Position numbers and translations under genes: made by a program | From: Planctomycetota bacterium | Lineage (GTDB): Bacteria > Planctomycetota > UBA1135 > GCA-002686595 | Assembly (NCBI GenBank): GCA_002686265.1 | Contig: NZBA01000042.1 | Span: forward strand, 10,363-74,362 | Length of the DNA: 64,000 nucleotides | Direction of reading: 5' to 3' | Notes under the pieces: model-generated | Seen by the model: the letters and a program-made list of their open reading frames with translations, nothing else | Database searches by the model: none | Told to the model about the DNA's origin: nothing | Part shown: positions 38,567-47,580 of the stretch, one piece after another | Position numbering within the stretch: the first letter of the stretch is position 1 | Layout of the letters: each line of letters begins with the position of its first letter

Positions 38567-40063
38567 TCAGCGCGTCTGGGGCGTGCGCACCCCCTTGGAG
38601 TCGGGCACCGGCGGAGTCGGGTGGTGCGTGGCGGTCGCGGCTGCGTCCCGCAGCTCCCAGCCCTGCCGCGCGGCGGTTCCCTCGTCGGGGGTGCCGTCAG
38701 CCGTGAGTGTGCCGTTCTCCACGAGGATCCGCCGCAGCTCTGCGGGGTATTGGGTGCCGAACTGCTCTCCGCGGACCTCTGGGACGAAGGAGCGGTTCTC
38801 GCGAATCGGCTCGAACTCAGCGAACCCGCATCGGACGCCGTTGACGAAGTAGTGGAAGCGCACGTCGGCGTCACCGCGCACGGCGATCGTCGCGAGAGAC
38901 TCGCCCTCGGTCCACAGGACTGCACGTCCACCCGCGGGGGTGAGTTGCACGGTCAGGCTCTGGGGCTCGCTGACCAGCGCGAAGGCCTCGGGGACGGCGA
39001 TGGTCGCCCGACCGTCGACGATCCGCCCGCTGCCGCGGAAGTAGGTGCCGGACTCGTCACCTTCGAGGCAGACGAAGCGGATCTCCTTGCCGGGATCGGC
39101 GGGGTGGGGCTGGATGAAGGACTTGACGCCGGTCGCCCCCATGTCTCCCCCGGAGAAAACCCCGTAGCCTGCGGGAGACGCGGTCTCGCCGTAGACGCCG
39201 TAGTTCGCCCCCGCGGTCTCGGTCGCGTACCCCTCGACCCCCGCACCCGAGTCGGCGTTGCTCGCGCCGCGCACGCCACTCGTCGTGCCCGTCGCGGCCG
39301 TAGCCCAGCCGAGCACACCCGTACCTTGATCGGAATCAGTTTGACCGGACACGCCTACCGTGGTCCCGGTCAGGCTGCTCGCCCAGCCGAGCACTCCCGC
39401 GCCGTTCGGTGAGTCCGCCTCGCCGTAGACTCCTGAACAGAAGCCTCCGGTGAGGTCGCTGGCCCAGCCGAACACGCCCGTTCCGACGGGGCTGTCGCTC
39501 TCTCCGAACACGCCGGAGTTCGCCCCTCCGGTCGTGTCGCTGGCCCAGCCGAACACGCCGGTACCTGCTGCCGAGTCGGCTTCGCCGGAGACGCCCACCG
39601 TTGCACCGGTGAGGTCCGTGGCCCAGCCGAGGCCGCCGACGCCCGCGTCGCCGTCGCTCTCGCCGTAGAGGCCGAAGGCGCCCGAGCCAGTGGTTGCCGT
39701 GGCCCAGCCGGTGACGGCGCTGACGTCGATGGCATCGGTGGAGGAGAAGATGCCGGGGAGGGCGCCGCCGTCCACGCCGAGCCGGGTGATGGGCGACATC
39801 GTGCCGATGCCCACTTCGCCCGTGGGCGTGACGAAGAACTCGGGGCCCAGGGGCAGGAGCATGCCGGAGGTGGGCACGGTCGAAGCGTTGATGCAGGAGC
39901 CGGGAGAACTCTGGTCGTCGATCGTCGCCGGGCAGGTGGCCAGGGAACTGCTCGAGCCCGATCCGACGGTGGAGACCCGGGGCGTGGTGGAGATGGACTG
40001 GCTCGTGGCCGTGGGTGCGAGAGCGAGGCCGACGACGGAGACGAGGACGAGGTGGTGGTTCAT
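38567..40063 (-). CDS. Secreted repeat protein (tail-fibre-like / beta-helix-like) with conserved C-terminal domain
   Basis: Start at MNHHLVLVSVVGLALAPTATSQS. Seven tandem 26-27-aa units of type GVFGWASDxTGGxxSGVxGESDSPxGT. Then KSFIQPHPADPGKEIRFVCLEGDESGTYFRGSGRIVDGRATIAVPEAF, a pattern I recall from uncharacterised tail-fibre-like proteins. Confidence 0.7.
   Translation of the reverse strand: MNHHLVLVSVVGLALAPTATSQSISTTPRVSTVGSGSSSSLATCPATIDDQSSPGSCINASTVPTSGMLLPLGPEFFVTPTGEVGIGTMSPITRLGVDGGALPGIFSSTDAIDVSAVTGWATATTGSGAFGLYGESDGDAGVGGLGWATDLTGATVGVSGEADSAAGTGVFGWASDTTGGANSGVFGESDSPVGTGVFGWASDLTGGFCSGVYGEADSPNGAGVLGWASSLTGTTVGVSGQTDSDQGTGVLGWATAATGTTSGVRGASNADSGAGVEGYATETAGANYGVYGETASPAGYGVFSGGDMGATGVKSFIQPHPADPGKEIRFVCLEGDESGTYFRGSGRIVDGRATIAVPEAFALVSEPQSLTVQLTPAGGRAVLWTEGESLATIAVRGDADVRFHYFVNGVRCGFAEFEPIRENRSFVPEVRGEQFGTQYPAELRRILVENGTLTADGTPDEGTAARQGWELRDAAATATHHPTPPVPDSKGVRTPQTR
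39149..39715 (-). repeat. Seven tandem 78-81-nt coding repeats inside 38567..40063
   Basis: The protein units are TGWATATTGSGAFGLYGESDGDAGVG / GLGWATDLTGATVGVSGEADSAAGTG / VFGWASDTTGGANSGVFGESDSPVGTG / VFGWASDLTGGFCSGVYGEADSPNGAG / VLGWASSLTGTTVGVSGQTDSDQGTG / VLGWATAATGTTSGVRGASNADSGAG / VEGYATETAGANYGVYGETASPAGYG. Confidence 0.7.
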
Positions 40064-40360
40064 CGCGGAGTGAAGCTGCTCGAGGAGGGGGATGGAAGCG
40101 GACGGGGGGATGGTCTCCGCGGTGATCTGAACCACTCAGGTTCGGTTCGGTTCGCCGCCGCGGCGCCAAATCCGCTCGTCTTCTCGGCCTAAGTCGCTGC
40201 CATGGCGATCGCGTCCGAGGGCGTTCATCTCCAGTGTACCAGCCCGCCGCGGGAGCGCTGAGCGAGCCCGGCGGCGCCCTCATCGCGGGAGAACGCCGGC
40301 CCTAGATGCGCCTAGCGCCGTTTCGGCGCCGCCCCAAAGGGAGCCCGCCGACGCCGCGAG

Positions 40361-41260
40361 TCACCCGCCGAGCACGTCCCGCCAGTCGCGGACGAACTCG
40401 GACCATTGCCTGCCGAAACGCTCGATGTTGACGGTCAGCAGGGGGGCGAGGAGCGCCTGTAGGTCCTCCGGGCGTCCCAGGCAGGCGGCGCGCAGGCGCA
40501 CGAACGGGCCGGGGAGCTCGGGGAGGGGAAGCTCGCCGAAGCGCTCGGGCTCGTCGCGCAGGGGATGGACCCTTCGGGCGTCTTGGAGTAGGGCCGCCCG
40601 CATGGCGCGTGCGATGTGCTCGTCGTCTCCCCCGAGCGGGGGGAGCCCGCCGACCTCGTGCTCGCGGGATCCCGGGGGCCGAGCCCAGAGCTCGCCCGCC
40701 AGGAAGTGATCACGGCAGAGGGCCTCGAACAGCTCGGCGGGTCGCGGGGGCGGCGCGTCGAGGGTCGCCGGAATCAAGGAGTCGTCCTCGCGGCAGCGCT
40801 CGAGGACCTCGTTCGCCAAGGAAGTCCCGACGAGGAAGGTCAGCAGGTGGCCGCGACGTTGCATGTCGCGCGCGAGGACCAGAAGGCGTTCCGTGCGGTC
40901 GGCATCGGCGCCTTCGGCGGCGAGGGCGCGCCGGGAGAGCTCGAGCAAGGGGAGCATCGTCTGTCCGTCCGCGGGCAATCGCTCCGCCGGGCCGGCTAGG
41001 GTGTCCAGGAATCGTGCGAGGAGCTCCGAGCGCTCGCTCTCGCTCTCCGCCGCGCTCCACGCCTCTCCGATCCTCTCCAGAGCTCCCGGCTCGGACGGCC
41101 CGCTCCCCTCGATCCGCGCCCACTCGTGCAGCTCGGCCCAACCGCGTTCCAGCTCGGCCAGCTCCGAGGCCGAGAACCCGACCCGGAACCAACCCGCCCA
41201 AAGCCCGATCGCCGCGAGGGCGGGGAGGGCGAGGAGCGGGAGCCAGCGCCGGATGCGCAT
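40361..41260 (-). CDS. Membrane-anchored hypothetical protein (last gene of the rSAM operon)
   Basis: N-terminal anchor MRIRRWLPLLALPALAAIGLWAGW. Helical, Glu/Arg/Leu-rich, with no recognisable motif. It starts 28 nt downstream of the Rrf2 gene on the same strand. Confidence 0.55.
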   Translation of the reverse strand: MRIRRWLPLLALPALAAIGLWAGWFRVGFSASELAELERGWAELHEWARIEGSGPSEPGALERIGEAWSAAESESERSELLARFLDTLAGPAERLPADGQTMLPLLELSRRALAAEGADADRTERLLVLARDMQRRGHLLTFLVGTSLANEVLERCREDDSLIPATLDAPPPRPAELFEALCRDHFLAGELWARPPGSREHEVGGLPPLGGDDEHIARAMRAALLQDARRVHPLRDEPERFGELPLPELPGPFVRLRAACLGRPEDLQALLAPLLTVNIERFGRQWSEFVRDWRDVLGG

Positions 41261-41288
41261 GCCGAAGGGTCCGCGGCTTCCGGGTGCC

Positions 41289-41741
41289 TCAGGCCCGGCG
41301 GGCCACCGGGTACTCGGAGGCGGGGTTGCGTTCGCAGAACAAGATCAGGTCCGCGAGGGAGGTGTCGCGTACGCGGTCGAGGAAGTCCCCCGATGCCTGC
41401 TTCCAGAACTCGTGCATGGGACAGGCGCGTTCATCGGTGCAGTCGGCCTGGCCGAGGATGCACAGGCGCTCTTCGTTCGCGTTGTCCAGCACCTCGAGGA
41501 TCCGCATCAGGGAGGTCTCGCTGGACGCGGCGGCAAGTCGGAAGCCGCCCTTGCGACCTCGCTGGCTCTCCAGTACCCCCGCGGCCGAGAGGGCCTGGAG
41601 GATCTTGCCCAAGAACGGCGCGGGGATGTCCAGATCGTCTGCGAGCTCGCGCGTGAGCTGGTAGGTCCGCCCGTCGGATTGCTGTGCGAGCCGGGGCAGG
41701 GCGCGGATGGCGTACTCGCTGGATTTGGAGAAGGCGCGCAT
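41289..41741 (-). CDS. Rrf2 family transcriptional regulator
   Basis: SEYAIRAL..LA, the wHTH segment ELADDLDIPAPFLGKILQALSAAGVLESQRGRKGGFRLA, and a Cys cluster CILGQADCTDERACPMH compatible with Fe-S ligation. Confidence 0.85.
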   Translation of the reverse strand: MRAFSKSSEYAIRALPRLAQQSDGRTYQLTRELADDLDIPAPFLGKILQALSAAGVLESQRGRKGGFRLAAASSETSLMRILEVLDNANEERLCILGQADCTDERACPMHEFWKQASGDFLDRVRDTSLADLILFCERNPASEYPVARRA

Positions 41742-41774
41742 GATGGGGGGGGCGGGTAGACGGAGCAGGACTTG

Positions 41775-42518
41775 CTATACCGGCTCGCCGGGCCCATGTC
41801 GACGGGGCATTCCCTCCGACTCCGCCAGATCCAAGAAGCGCGCCACGAGCCGGCGTCCGAGGTCCCTTCCGTCAAAGGCCTCGGCCAGGATCGCCGTCGG
41901 CTCCTCGCCCCGATAAGCGTGACGCGCGAGGTTGCGGCGCAGGAGCCTCTCTGACTCCTCCGGTGGCATCTCGGGGTGAAACTGCACGGCCCAGATCGGC
42001 TTGCCCGGGACACGGAAGCCCTGGACGGGACAGCGTTCGGAGCGGGCGAGGAGGGCGAAGTCCCCGACTCCGGGCGTGACCTCGTCGAAGTGGGAGACGA
42101 AGCACACGAAGCGGCGCTCGATGCCCGCCAGTAGCGGATCGTCGCCCAACAGCTCGATCTCGGTCCAACCGATCTCCGACAGCGGCGCCGCGCGGACCGC
42201 ATCGGGACCGTGGAGAGCTCGTGCGATGGCCTGGTGCCCGAAGCAGATCCCGAACACGGGCACGTCAGTTGCGGCCGCGTCGCGTAGGAGCGCCAGGATG
42301 GGCTCGATCCACGGCAGGGGATCGAGGATCGAGGCCGCGGACCCGGTGAGGAGGATCCCCGCGAAATCCGCCGCAGAGCGCGGAGCGGTCTCGAGCGCCG
42401 CGCGAACCACAACCGACGGCCTTTCGCCCAACAGAGGCACCAGGTTCTGCGCGGCGCCTTGCTCGTCGAGGTAGCTGTCGACGATCAGGTAAGGACGGGA
42501 CTCGGCCTGCACCGTCAC
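41775..42518 (-). CDS. Class I glutamine amidotransferase-like protein (GMP synthase GATase-like)
   Basis: GILLTGSAASI, the nucleophile elbow PVFGICFGHQAIA, and VQFHPE near the C-terminus. Confidence 0.8.
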   Translation of the reverse strand: MTVQAESRPYLIVDSYLDEQGAAQNLVPLLGERPSVVVRAALETAPRSAADFAGILLTGSAASILDPLPWIEPILALLRDAAATDVPVFGICFGHQAIARALHGPDAVRAAPLSEIGWTEIELLGDDPLLAGIERRFVCFVSHFDEVTPGVGDFALLARSERCPVQGFRVPGKPIWAVQFHPEMPPEESERLLRRNLARHAYRGEEPTAILAEAFDGRDLGRRLVARFLDLAESEGMPRRHGPGEPV

Positions 42519-42586
42519 TCCGGCCCCTCAAAGGGCGCGCACGCATCGGTGGGCGCGGGCGTGCTCCGGCTGCGGCGTCCAGAGCG

Positions 42587-44938
42587 TCATTCGAACTTCC
42601 CGCACCACTCACAGTCGCAGTCGAGCTCCGCCCACTCGCCTGAGCGCTCCGTTTTGAGGCCCGCGTAGCCGATCCCGCGCAAGGCCTCCAGGGCGTCGTC
42701 GGAGATGTCGGAGTCCGTGGCCAGGTCGGTCTCCTCGGCACCCGAGAGCCACCCGAGCAGCAGCGAGCGGAGGCGGCCTCCGACCGCAGTCTCGCTATCG
42801 ATCAGGTTGACCTCGCAGCCGTGGTCCTCGCCGATGTCATAGAGCTCGGTCTCATGCCGCTGCCTCGTTGGCGAGTAGTCCCCGTTTCCGGCCGAGTGGG
42901 TCTGAAGGTGCAGGATCAAGTGCCAGCGATCGAAGGTGACCGAAGCCGAGTGACCCGCGTAGGAGATGGCGAAGTTGGGCTCCGGGCTGCGCTTGCCGGC
43001 GACGAGGGAGCGGCCGGGAAACGCCTCCCGCTCGAGCCCCGCGAGGTCCAGGAGCGTGCGCCCGAGGTCGCTGTTCTGGACGCGTTCTGAGACTCTCACC
43101 GCCGGCGGGCAGCCCGGCCAGGAGAGGATCAGCGGCACGTGCAGGGTGTCGGTATAGAGCTCCGCGTGTTCGAAGAAGATGCTGTGCTGCCCGAGGCACT
43201 CGCCGTGGTCGGAGGTGAGGGCGATGATGCCCTCGCGGATGCGCTTGACTCGCAGTAGTGGCCCGAGCTCCGTGTCGAGGTAAGAGACCTCGCCGCGGTA
43301 GCGCTCCTGCTCGTAGTCCATCATCTCCTGCGTGTCCGCGATGTCCTCGCGGAGCTCCGCATCGAACGGCGCGGGCGCCTCGTAGGGGTAGTGGGCGTCG
43401 AAGAAGTGCAACCACAGGAAGACGGGTTCCCGCTGGGAGTCCAGCAGCCAGCGCTCGGCCAACTCGCGCGTGGCGTGCGCGGAGCGTTCGTTGGCGCGCG
43501 GAGCGGCCATGCGGTCGAACCCTTGCCCGAGCCCGCTCAGCGCGTCACCGAGATGGTGGGTGCTGACGGCGGCGAAGGTGCGGTAGCCGTTCGCTCCGAA
43601 GGCCTCGGCCAGGGTCGAGGCACTGCGCGCGAGGGAGGTGACGTTGTCTACGATGCGCGTGTCCCGCGGGTGGCGGCCGGTGAGGATCGCGACGTGCGAG
43701 GGGATCGTGATGTTGCTCGTCGAGTAGCAGTGCTCGAACAAGATCCCGCCCTTGGCCAGTGCGTTGATGTTCGGCGTCCGGACGAGCGGGTTCGCACCCG
43801 CGATCCCGATGTGGTCGGCGCGGTGCGTGTCCGACGTGATCAAGAGCACCGTCGGCGGCTGATCGGCGGGCGTCACGATCCGCGGCGTCTCCAGCAAGGC
43901 GAAGGCCTCGTGCGGGCCCTTGACCTTCAGCTCGAACGACAGGTCGACCCACTCGCCGCCCCAGGCCTCCAAGGGCACCTCCTCGTCGAGCCAACGGGCC
44001 GGTCGGCGAAGGTCGGATTCCAGCCGAATACGCGTCTCGCTGCTGTAGCTCGCGGAGCGCACCGTGACGACGAGGGTGGGCGCTTGGCCCGGGAAGCGCA
44101 GGTTCTCGGGCAGGGTGCACGAGAAGGCGAGGGTTCCGTTCTCGGGGCACAGGAAGCGCTCCCCGACACCGATCTCATCCGAGACGACCGAGGCCATGCG
44201 CTCCTCGCCTTCGACGCCGAGGAGCTCGGGCGGGCTGCCGGGAAGGGGGAACCAGCTGCGGACGTCCTTCCAGAGGAGCTCCACCGACTCGATGCACACG
44301 GGACCGGCGTGGGCGCCGACCTTGAACTGGATCGCATCGATGGGACGCTTGTGGAAGCGCGTGAGGGCGAAGTCGCCGACGATCCGCTGGGGGAGGCTGG
44401 ATGAGCTGACGTCGATCTGGCCGCTGCCTTGGAAGGGAGCGCCGTCGCGCACGAGCAGCATGCGCATGCGCGACTTGCTCTGGATCCAGACATTCGCGAC
44501 CACCTGGTTGAAGGTCGTCGAGTCGATCGGTCCGGGGATCTCGAAGGACTTCTCCATCGAGCCGTGGAGGTACAGCCCCTCGCTCCCTTTGGGAACGACG
44601 CCGTGGGCATCCGGCGGCAGCGCCGCGAGCTCGCAGCGCCCGGAGACGTTGGTCCACAGCGGCTCCTCGCGCGAGGGGACGAAGCGAGCGACGATTCGGT
44701 CGGGTTCGGGAGCGGGCGGAGCGGCGAGCGCTGTCAGCGTCAGGGGGCCGACCTTCGGCGTCGCGTTCACCCTCGCGCCGTGCTCGGAGGTGCTGGCGCC
44801 CGCGTCCACGCACCCCGGCGGGGGATCACCGCACCCACAGACCGTCCCGACGAGGACGACTGCCCAGATGGAGAATGGCGCGCTCGGGTGAGCGGTTCGG
44901 TGTCTCTGGGGCGGGCGGGCGTCCATGGCACCTCGCAC
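42587..44938 (-). CDS. Sulfatase-like (alkaline phosphatase superfamily) enzyme with a novel N-terminal domain of about 330 aa
   Basis: Lipoprotein-like N-terminus (VLVGTVCGC). Catalytic core LLITSDTHRADHIG, TPNINALAKGGILFEHCY, ITIPSHVAILTG and ALTSDHGECLGQH. A Cys-rich tail ELDCDCEWCGKFE. Confidence 0.8.
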   Translation of the reverse strand: MRGAMDARPPQRHRTAHPSAPFSIWAVVLVGTVCGCGDPPPGCVDAGASTSEHGARVNATPKVGPLTLTALAAPPAPEPDRIVARFVPSREEPLWTNVSGRCELAALPPDAHGVVPKGSEGLYLHGSMEKSFEIPGPIDSTTFNQVVANVWIQSKSRMRMLLVRDGAPFQGSGQIDVSSSSLPQRIVGDFALTRFHKRPIDAIQFKVGAHAGPVCIESVELLWKDVRSWFPLPGSPPELLGVEGEERMASVVSDEIGVGERFLCPENGTLAFSCTLPENLRFPGQAPTLVVTVRSASYSSETRIRLESDLRRPARWLDEEVPLEAWGGEWVDLSFELKVKGPHEAFALLETPRIVTPADQPPTVLLITSDTHRADHIGIAGANPLVRTPNINALAKGGILFEHCYSTSNITIPSHVAILTGRHPRDTRIVDNVTSLARSASTLAEAFGANGYRTFAAVSTHHLGDALSGLGQGFDRMAAPRANERSAHATRELAERWLLDSQREPVFLWLHFFDAHYPYEAPAPFDAELREDIADTQEMMDYEQERYRGEVSYLDTELGPLLRVKRIREGIIALTSDHGECLGQHSIFFEHAELYTDTLHVPLILSWPGCPPAVRVSERVQNSDLGRTLLDLAGLEREAFPGRSLVAGKRSPEPNFAISYAGHSASVTFDRWHLILHLQTHSAGNGDYSPTRQRHETELYDIGEDHGCEVNLIDSETAVGGRLRSLLLGWLSGAEETDLATDSDISDDALEALRGIGYAGLKTERSGEWAELDCDCEWCGKFE

Positions 44939-44974
44939 TCTACCACCCGTCCCCCTTCCGTCGTTGGTTTCCGT

Positions 44975-45934
44975 TCAGTCCGCTGGGAGTGTGAGCCCTT
45001 CCAGGAGCCTCTCGAGGTCTCGCTGCTCCCGAGCGGGGTCCACACTCGCCCGCAGGGCGGCGCACCGCGCGCGCAGGACATCGAGGAAGGCGGGGTCGTT
45101 CTCGATGCGTCCCAGTGCGCGTGCCAGCTCCCCAACCTCGCCGACGCCGAAGAACCCGGGGTAGTCGGCGCCCAGGAGACCCTCCGCCGCGGGGATGCGC
45201 GTGGAGAGTATCGGCGTCGTGCACGCGAGGGCTTCGGTCACGACGCCCGGGCCGCCCTCGTTCACCGAAGTCACCACCAGTGCGCGCGCCCGATCCAGCC
45301 GCTCCAGCACCTCCCGCCGCGGGCGCTCACCGAGCCAGCGGTAGCGCGGGTTGCGCTCGCTCTCCTTCTCGGCGAGGCGGCGCATCGCCTCGTCGAGGGC
45401 GCCTCCCACGTGGGTGACGAGCAGGCGCGAAGTCTCCGGCAGCAGACGCGCCGCGCGCGGAGCGAGGAACGGGTCCTTGATCCGTCGCAGGTGTCCGGCC
45501 ACGAGCACCTCGAACCGCTCGGGATCGGGCGGCCCTCCGTCCACCGCGCGCGCCGACTGGGTGATCACGCTCGCGCGGGCGCGGTAGACCGCCGGGATCG
45601 CGTCGAGCACACAGGGATTCAGGGCGACCAAGTGCGTCGCCAGCTCGAGGGCGGGCAGGTGGCCGCCGGCCGCGGGCAGGTCCACGTAGACGTCCGTCCC
45701 GGTCAGCACCAACACCGAAGGCCCCGCCGGGTGCGCGGCGTGGTAGCGCTCGAGCTCCGCCGCGCTGTGCGTCGCGTGCAGGGCCACCAACACGTCCGTC
45801 GCATCCCCGCGCCAGTACTGGCCGATCGTCACCCGGTGCCCCGCGCGCCGCAGGAGGCCGGCCCAGCGCAGGGCGGTGACGCGGTTCCCTCCGCGAGAGC
45901 CGCGTCGGGTGTGGGTGATGATCGCGATCCGCAT
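44975..45934 (-). CDS. GT-B fold glycosyltransferase (family 1-like)
   Basis: MRIAIITHTRRGSRGGNRVTALRWAGLLRRAGHRV at the N-terminus. The C-terminal half has VTSVNEGGPGVVTEALACTTPILSTRIPAAEGLLG (E-x7-E-like donor-binding region). Confidence 0.75.
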   Translation of the reverse strand: MRIAIITHTRRGSRGGNRVTALRWAGLLRRAGHRVTIGQYWRGDATDVLVALHATHSAAELERYHAAHPAGPSVLVLTGTDVYVDLPAAGGHLPALELATHLVALNPCVLDAIPAVYRARASVITQSARAVDGGPPDPERFEVLVAGHLRRIKDPFLAPRAARLLPETSRLLVTHVGGALDEAMRRLAEKESERNPRYRWLGERPRREVLERLDRARALVVTSVNEGGPGVVTEALACTTPILSTRIPAAEGLLGADYPGFFGVGEVGELARALGRIENDPAFLDVLRARCAALRASVDPAREQRDLERLLEGLTLPAD

Positions 45935-45980
45935 CGAGGTAGCGGGTCGGGGCGCCTCGAGGTCGCGGGCGGGTGTCGCC

Positions 45981-47555
45981 TCAGGCCTCGCTTGCCGTGA
46001 CGCCGCCGGTGCCGGAGCCGGGTTGGGTCTGGCCGGTGGCGCGCACGTAGACGTCGAACAGCTTCTGCTCGAGAGGGAGGCGATACTCCCCGCGCCTCAG
46101 GCGCCAGCCGGCGATGCGCGAAAGCAGCTTGCGCATCCACGGCGGCCCCTCGCGCACGTGCTGGTCGTAAATCGCCGCGGTGTTGTTGTAGCGCTGCCAG
46201 GTGTGCCGCACCGAGGGCGGGATGGGTGTGTTGTGCGAGTTGTACTTGTACTCGAAGCACGCCCCCCAGTCGTGGAAGTCCGTCGGCGGCTCGTAGCCGA
46301 GCTCGACCGCAGCCTTGAAGTCCTCGGTTCCCGGGATCGGCCGGAACGGGTAGACCTCCGAACCCGCCAGGGGAAACGCGTGCTTGACCGAGGCCGCCTT
46401 GCGCAGGGTCTCTTCCATCGACTCGCGGGTCTCGCCGGGGTAGCCGATGATCCAGAAGGTCCCGGGCACGATGTTGCGCCGGGCGAGCGCGCCGATCGCC
46501 TTGGGGATGTTCTCGATCCCGATGAACTTCTTGATGCGCTCCTGCATCTCCTTCGTGCCCGTCTCGGCACCGAGCCAGAGCAGGTGGCAGCGCGAGGCCT
46601 CGAGCAGGTCGAGCGTCTCTTCGCGGTAGCGCATGATCGTCTCGATCTCGATGGTGCCGTTCCAGTGGATCGGTACCTCGAGGTCGATCAGCCCCTGGCA
46701 GAAGGCCGTCGTGCGCTTCTCGGCCACGCCGAAGTTCGCGTCCTGGAAGCGCAGCACGTCGAACCGGAAGCGCTCCTGGAGTTCCGCGATCTCCTCGGCC
46801 AGGGCCCGGCCCTCGATCGCCTTCCAGCGGCGCCCGGTGACGAGGGGGCTGCAGCAGAAAGTGCAGGGTTCCGGGCAGCCGAAGCTCGAGAAATGACTGA
46901 ACGCCCGCGGCGGGTTGTTCGGCGTCCAATCGCCGGGCAGGGGGAAGCGGTGGCGGACCTTGAGGTGCGTCGGCTTGACCTGCAGCTCGGCGTAGCGCTC
47001 GAATTCCAACAGGTGCCAGGGAACCGAACCGAACTTGTCGAACCCGACCACGGGTTGGTTGGCGGTGTAGACGATCTGGCCGTCGCGCTCGATCGCGAGG
47101 CCGGGGACTTGCTCTAGGTCCTCACCGCTGTCGAGCGCCGCGACGATCTGTTGGAAGGTGATCTCGCCCTGGCCGATGCAGACGGCGTCGGCGATGCCCT
47201 CGCGCAGGTACATCTCGGGGATGACGCTGGGAAACCACCCGCCCCAGATGATCGGCAGGTCGGGGAAGCGCTCGCGGACGGCGCGCGCGGTCACGTAGCC
47301 GTCGTAGACCTGGTAGCCGAGGATGCAGGAGCTGGCGAACAAGAGCGCGCCGTCGCAGGCCTCGAGCACCTTCTCCATGTAGTCGGCGTCGACCATCGCG
47401 TCAATCAGGACGATCTCGTAGCCCTCGGCGGCGGGCCCGATGGCGATCTGCAGCAGCTCGAGCGGCAGGAGGTCGGCGCTGAACATCTCGCCCCGCTCCG
47501 GATCGGCCCGGTGGGGGAGGAAGAGGACCAGCTTGGGTTTCTTGGACTGGATCAC
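45981..47555 (-). CDS. B12-binding domain radical SAM protein (paralogue 1)
   Basis: The GTG start at 47555 was chosen by alignment with the paralogue (VIQSKKPKLVLFLPH vs MIQRTKRIVLFLPH). It has an N-terminal Rossmann-like B12-binding region and the radical SAM cluster motif SSFGCPEPCTFCCSP (CxxxCxxC). Confidence 0.85.
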   Translation of the reverse strand: MIQSKKPKLVLFLPHRADPERGEMFSADLLPLELLQIAIGPAAEGYEIVLIDAMVDADYMEKVLEACDGALLFASSCILGYQVYDGYVTARAVRERFPDLPIIWGGWFPSVIPEMYLREGIADAVCIGQGEITFQQIVAALDSGEDLEQVPGLAIERDGQIVYTANQPVVGFDKFGSVPWHLLEFERYAELQVKPTHLKVRHRFPLPGDWTPNNPPRAFSHFSSFGCPEPCTFCCSPLVTGRRWKAIEGRALAEEIAELQERFRFDVLRFQDANFGVAEKRTTAFCQGLIDLEVPIHWNGTIEIETIMRYREETLDLLEASRCHLLWLGAETGTKEMQERIKKFIGIENIPKAIGALARRNIVPGTFWIIGYPGETRESMEETLRKAASVKHAFPLAGSEVYPFRPIPGTEDFKAAVELGYEPPTDFHDWGACFEYKYNSHNTPIPPSVRHTWQRYNNTAAIYDQHVREGPPWMRKLLSRIAGWRLRRGEYRLPLEQKLFDVYVRATGQTQPGSGTGGVTASEA

Positions 47556-47580
47556 GGGGCGGGGGAGGAGGCGCGGGCGC

